From Promethearchaeota archaeon (lineage in GTDB: Archaea; Asgardarchaeota; Lokiarchaeia; Sigyniarchaeales; SOKP01), in NCBI GenBank assembly GCA_030599585.1, contig JAUVNS010000001.1, forward strand, positions 32,001 through 96,000: a stretch of DNA of 64,000 bases. The letters are read 5' to 3'. Shown here piece after piece: positions 59,590 through 64,000 of this stretch. The notes beneath the pieces are model-generated. The model had not been told where the DNA came from and ran no database searches. It worked only from the letters and a program-made list of their open reading frames with translations. Position 1 is the first letter of the stretch. The number at the start of each line of letters is the position of its first letter. The position numbers and the translations under genes are program-made.

Positions 59590-60651
59590 ATGAAAACCTT
59601 GATCACTAATAAATATCTAATATGGCTTATTTTATCATTTTTACTTGTTGCTAGCTTTTTTCTTGGTATGTTTTTATTTGCTTCGTCTCTAGAAGTGACT
59701 ATCATTATCCTGGTAGTATTGATCATCTCTTTCTGTATCCAAATTCTTTTAATTTTAAATTTTGCGAGCAGTAGAATAAAAAATCGATTGAAGATTGGAA
59801 TGCTAACTACGCACTCGTTGAATTTGTTATTTGCTATCGTTATTGGATTTTCCATTTCGGTGATGGAATCTGATTTCAAATATAATTTTGGGATAGTAAT
59901 GATTCCTTTACTTCTAATATTGAGTCTCGTTATAACAGATAAATATGATAACGATATGAAGGGTTTTACCCTTGAGAAAGAGGAAAAGCCGAAAAAGAAA
60001 TCAACAAGACCCGTTATAGAATTCGAAAACAAAAAGTACGTTTTTTCGTTAAATTCTTTAATAATATTAGGAGTTGGCACACCTCTTCTAGCAATAGTCA
60101 TTTATTTCTTCTTCGATATTGAGGCTCAATTTTGGCTACACGAAATAGTTGTGAAACAGACTATCTATTTCCTTAATTTATTTTTTGACATGGATGTATC
60201 TACTAGCTATATTCCAAGTGGGAAATATCATTGGAGTTTTAATTTTGTAGGGAGTATTGATGGAGACCCGTTAAGTAGTATTTATTTTGAGACGTTCTGT
60301 ACGGGCATTCAAGCTATCTGCGTATTCGCAGGTATCATCATTTGCACTCCTCACTCCCAAGATAAACGCACTAACAAGGATATAATTTGGAGAAAAGCTA
60401 AAGCATTAATTGTATCTTCAATTATCTTCTACGTGGTAAATGTTATTCGAATGTTAATCCAGATTGAATTATATTACCTTGGATATCCCTGGGATAGCAT
60501 ACATGTTTCGATCAGCGCAGCAAGCTCTTTCATTGCAGCTATTATTATTCTCTTACTTCATAAATGGATCCCCGAATTCATCATTAGCATCATATATATT
60601 GGCACTTTAATTAGCAAAAGAGTTAAACGCGTGAGAAAGCCAAAAGAATAG
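59590..60651 (+). CDS. Archaeosortase/exosortase family protein with extra N-terminal TM domain
   Basis: Catalytic triad pattern FCTGI (Cys), NVIRM (Arg), SIH (His); multi-TM. Confidence 0.8.
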   Translation: MKTLITNKYLIWLILSFLLVASFFLGMFLFASSLEVTIIILVVLIISFCIQILLILNFASSRIKNRLKIGMLTTHSLNLLFAIVIGFSISVMESDFKYNFGIVMIPLLLILSLVITDKYDNDMKGFTLEKEEKPKKKSTRPVIEFENKKYVFSLNSLIILGVGTPLLAIVIYFFFDIEAQFWLHEIVVKQTIYFLNLFFDMDVSTSYIPSGKYHWSFNFVGSIDGDPLSSIYFETFCTGIQAICVFAGIIICTPHSQDKRTNKDIIWRKAKALIVSSIIFYVVNVIRMLIQIELYYLGYPWDSIHVSISAASSFIAAIIILLLHKWIPEFIISIIYIGTLISKRVKRVRKPKE

Positions 60652-60713
60652 TAATAAAATTTTAAACATACCAATTGTTCATTTGTTCAATAACTAAAAA
60701 GTTAGAGATAATC

Positions 60714-61616
60714 ATGTTAAATTTTGAGAAAGAGCAAATAGTTTCAAAAATCGGTAATGTATCCGTAGGAGGGCAACCGGGTGAGAATCCCGTAGTAATG
60801 GTTGCTACCGTTTTTTACACTAACCACGCTGCTTTACTAGACGAGAAAACTGGAAAAATTGATAAAAAACTCGTCGAACAAGAATTAAATGAATACTCAG
60901 AAATTATTGAAGAAACCGGAATGCAAGGAATAATAGACGTGGTAGGAGGATATCCCGAGGCATTACTAAAACAGTGTGAGTTTGTCGCTGACATTGTGGA
61001 TTATCCGTTTTTAGTTGATGGGTTAAACGATAGTTCCCGAATTCCAGCAATGGAGGGTTTAAAAGACATTGGATTGTTGGATAGAGCCATCCTAAACAGC
61101 ATTGATGAAGCAACCAGCGAGGAAAGTTTGCAAAAGCTGAAAGAAATTGGGGTGAAACATGCCGTGTTGTTAACTTTCGGAAACAGGTATATTTTTCCTC
61201 AAAAAAAAATCGATTTTTTAAAAAATACTTTGCTTAAAAAAGCTCAAAGCGCTAATATAGAAAATGTACTAGTCGATACTGCGGTTTTAGACCTACCTTC
61301 GATAGGAATTAATGCTGAGACAACCCGGTTAGTAAAATCAGAGTTAGGTTTGCCCACCGGATTTGCCCCCGCCAATGCAATTTATGGTTGGAATTTTGTT
61401 AAAAAATATGGTGACAAAGCGAGATGTGGTGGCATCGCTTCTTTGATGGCTTATTGTGTCAACGCTGGGAGTGATTTTGTGTTATTTGGGCCTGTTAAGT
61501 TCGCAAAGTGCATTATTCCCTCAATGTCCCTGATTTCTGCTATTAATTCTTATTATCGAAAAAGAGTTTTAAGAAAAGAAATATCTGACCGAACTCCGTT
61601 GAAACACATCTTCTAA
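60714..61616 (+). CDS. mtrH: MtrH-family tetrahydromethanopterin methyltransferase
   Basis: FEKEQ..IGNVSVGGQPGENP, RAILNSI, VDTAV, GLPTGFAPAN, DFVLFGP; start set at ATG 60714. Confidence 0.88.
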   Translation: MLNFEKEQIVSKIGNVSVGGQPGENPVVMVATVFYTNHAALLDEKTGKIDKKLVEQELNEYSEIIEETGMQGIIDVVGGYPEALLKQCEFVADIVDYPFLVDGLNDSSRIPAMEGLKDIGLLDRAILNSIDEATSEESLQKLKEIGVKHAVLLTFGNRYIFPQKKIDFLKNTLLKKAQSANIENVLVDTAVLDLPSIGINAETTRLVKSELGLPTGFAPANAIYGWNFVKKYGDKARCGGIASLMAYCVNAGSDFVLFGPVKFAKCIIPSMSLISAINSYYRKRVLRKEISDRTPLKHIF

Positions 61617-61624
61617 GATTTGTT

Positions 61625-63148
61625 TTAAGATATATACCTCAGTAGTAAATCTTGCGTGCGATTAAGAAAATCTTGAAGATGTTGGTTAATGATATCTTTT
61701 TTACTTTCTTCATCAATTAAAAAGAGGACATATAACTCGTAGTTTACGATTTCTACTCGCTTTAACAAGATTATTGAGTTTGAAACTCTAAAGATTGCTT
61801 CTTCTTTCTCAGACAATTTAAATTTGTAAAAAATCTTGAATAATGTAGTAAACTGAGGGGCAACGACTTCAAACACATTTATTAACTCTTCAGAATTTTG
61901 CATATTAGTAATTTTCATTGCTTCTGGGGTGAAGTGCTCTGCTAACACTAAACCATCGCTACTCAAAAGGAGCACTAACGATGAGCCTGTGAGCGAAGTA
62001 AATTCTCGAAGATTTTGTTCGATTAAATTCCTATTTGGGCTCAATTTTGCTATACCAGATGAAAAAGCTCTTAAAATTGAAAAGATTTTAAACATACTCG
62101 TCACATATATTTCAGGACTTCCGATAGAAGATAAATTTGTTAAGTTTTTTTTAAGGTCTTTTATGTTTGATTGCATTTCAATAGAATCGATAATGTCAGG
62201 ATCTCCTTTCGAAAAAATGTAAATTATTGGAGTATTCTGCTCCAAATTTTTCAAAGCAGTTCTAATTTTTTTGAGATATTCAATGCTTTCGCTGAACCTC
62301 TCTTCATCTCGAAGGTCGATAAAATAAAAGAGCAAATCAGCTTCAAATAAGTAAATTTGAGATTTATCGAGATATCCTTCTTGATAGCGTCGTTGTCCCC
62401 CTAAGTCCCACAAAAAGATATTTGTTCCTAAAGCTTCTATTGAGCTTACATCTGCTCCTCTTGTGGGTTTTAATCCAATCAGCTTTGAGAATTTTCTATC
62501 AACAGATAATATAAAGCTGGTTTTTCCGCTATTATCAAGACCAGAGAGAATAATTTTCATTTTTCTCTGTGTTGTTATTGGTGTTGATGGTGTTTGTTCA
62601 ATGTTAATTATTTTTTCTAAGAGCTTTTTAAAATCTCTTGCTACCTGTTCTTGAGGTAATAGTTCTTCAGTGATATGTTTATCAAATTCTGAAAAAAAAT
62701 CAGTAATTACATTTTTTAATCGTTTTATATTATCGTATAAGAAACTCCTTTTTTTTTCATCTATTAATATGCAAAAAGCACTTGCTAGTGGTATTTCTGA
62801 AAATTTAGCATCAATAAAATGAAAGTAACTAAGCGAAGTTAAATGAAAATCAGGAAATGGCATGATACCAAAATGGTGGTATTTCTTCAATGCGTTAAAA
62901 TCTTGTTTAAAAATATTTCCATCCCCAAGTAATAAGGAGATATTTTTAATCGCAATCTGCGTGTAATCTCTTAAGGAAATTCCAAGTTTATTCGCCTCTC
63001 CATTATCTGAATTGGCTTTTTCCCGCAGGTCCTCATCAATAGGCTCTGGAAACATATAAATTGGTTGAGGTCCGAGTTTATCGAATGCAGAGAATAATAT
63101 TCCTTTAATTATAGACGATTCAATTAATTTATCAATTAATTTATCCAT
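61625..63148 (-). CDS. Longin/uDENN-like + Arf-like GTPase + roadblock-like three-domain protein
   Basis: FDKLGPQP N-domain; GLDNSGKTS, PTRG, WDLGGQ, SKGD; C-terminal LLSSDGLVLAE. Confidence 0.85.
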   Translation of the reverse strand: MDKLIDKLIESSIIKGILFSAFDKLGPQPIYMFPEPIDEDLREKANSDNGEANKLGISLRDYTQIAIKNISLLLGDGNIFKQDFNALKKYHHFGIMPFPDFHLTSLSYFHFIDAKFSEIPLASAFCILIDEKKRSFLYDNIKRLKNVITDFFSEFDKHITEELLPQEQVARDFKKLLEKIINIEQTPSTPITTQRKMKIILSGLDNSGKTSFILSVDRKFSKLIGLKPTRGADVSSIEALGTNIFLWDLGGQRRYQEGYLDKSQIYLFEADLLFYFIDLRDEERFSESIEYLKKIRTALKNLEQNTPIIYIFSKGDPDIIDSIEMQSNIKDLKKNLTNLSSIGSPEIYVTSMFKIFSILRAFSSGIAKLSPNRNLIEQNLREFTSLTGSSLVLLLSSDGLVLAEHFTPEAMKITNMQNSEELINVFEVVAPQFTTLFKIFYKFKLSEKEEAIFRVSNSIILLKRVEIVNYELYVLFLIDEESKKDIINQHLQDFLNRTQDLLLRYIS

Positions 63149-63229
63149 AAGTTGGGGTTCTGGAATATAGTTTTTTAATATTAATTAATTATCAATCTAA
63201 TTATATTAAATTATATATAGATTAATTAT

Positions 63230-64000
63230 ATGCTAGATAAAATTGCTGAATATATTAGAACAAATCTAAACATCATAGAAAAGACTGAAATTAGCCCATT
63301 TGTTCAAAATATTAACGAGAATTCCTATAAAAGCCCTCGAATATTTTCAGATATTGGTCAAGACTCAGCAGCTGTTACAAATAATAACGATATGCTCACA
63401 TTAATCACTACTGATAGAATAAAGACTAGTTATATAGAAAATTTCCCATTGGGTGCGGGATTTAGCTCAATCTTGGTCGGTGTAGACGATATATATGCGT
63501 GTGGAGGAAAACCGATAGCAGCAAGCATAATTATATCATTCAAAGATCAAATCCTTGGTCAAAAAATGATCGATGGTATTTGTAAGGGTTCGAGATTATT
63601 TCAGGTTCCAATAGTTCGTGGTCACACGAATTTAAAAGAGTTTAACGAATTGAGTTCGACTGTGATAGGCGAAATTAAGAAAGACGAGTATATATCTGCG
63701 ACTAATGCGCAAGATAAAGACGAAATTATCCTAGCTGTAGATTTTAGTGGAAATGTTGGAAAAGCAAGTAAGCTCCATTGGGATACAGTTACTTTTAAAA
63801 GCTCTGAGGAAGTTTTGAATAAAAGGAAGTCGATGAATGAAATTGCTAAACTAAAAATCGTAAACTCCGCTAAGGATATATCAAACGGAGGTATTTTCGG
63901 CACGATTTTACAGTTAATTAATTATTCCAAAGTTGGAGCGGACATAAATATAGAAAAGATCGTAATGCCTCCCGTGTTAATAGAAAAAGCTTACAATTTA
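63230..64000 (+). CDS. AIR synthase/PurM-like ATP-binding protein (marker-2/sll0787-like), truncated by the window end
   Basis: Not in ORF track. IGQDSAAV, GVDDIYACGGKP, VRGHT, SAKDISNGGIFGT. Confidence 0.82.
   Translation, partial: MLDKIAEYIRTNLNIIEKTEISPFVQNINENSYKSPRIFSDIGQDSAAVTNNNDMLTLITTDRIKTSYIENFPLGAGFSSILVGVDDIYACGGKPIAASIIISFKDQILGQKMIDGICKGSRLFQVPIVRGHTNLKEFNELSSTVIGEIKKDEYISATNAQDKDEIILAVDFSGNVGKASKLHWDTVTFKSSEEVLNKRKSMNEIAKLKIVNSAKDISNGGIFGTILQLINYSKVGADINIEKIVMPPVLIEKAYNL

Noticed and set aside
60714-64000. Methanogenesis inferred from mtrH, hdrBC and a marker-2-like gene
   Set aside because: No mcr or mtrA-G here; stand-alone MtrH, HdrBC and PurM-like proteins are common in non-methanogens
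1-64000. CRISPR arrays, rRNA genes and the many short antisense ORFs in the track
   Set aside because: No regularly spaced repeats or rRNA-like GC-rich segments were seen; short ORFs overlapping well-supported genes are treated as shadows

Overview
A gene-dense, AT-rich window that looks like an Asgard archaeon, most likely class Lokiarchaeia. This assignment is inferred from longin/DENN-fused Rab- and Arf-like GTPases, a stand-alone gelsolin domain, a selenocysteine Vhu-type hydrogenase, UPF0147, an archaeosortase, and poly-T terminators. No rRNA, tRNA, CRISPR array or intact transposase was seen. Main loci: (1) 1-6.6 kb, a minus-strand run of a 12-TM protein with heme-copper-oxidase-like His spacing but an altered CuB site, heme O synthase, a His-bearing membrane protein, an FAD oxidoreductase, a CCG/Fe-S protein and a D-2-hydroxyacid dehydrogenase; this is the best candidate for an undescribed system. 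(2) A ~153-bp near-perfect inverted repeat forming identical upstream regions for two divergent membrane-protein genes. (3) A prenol kinase plus isopentenyl phosphate kinase pair. (4) A TusA-YeeE-DsrEFH sulfur relay, divergent from (5) vhuG-vhuA-vhuU-hdrC-hdrB, where vhuU is an unlisted 50-codon selenoprotein with an unusual DCUxxC motif. (6) A bacillithiol-like cluster (GT2, bshB1, bshC-like, DinB) lacking bshA. (7) Several eukaryotic-signature proteins and an unlisted 47-aa acidic Trp peptide. All product calls come from motif recognition by eye; no database search was run.
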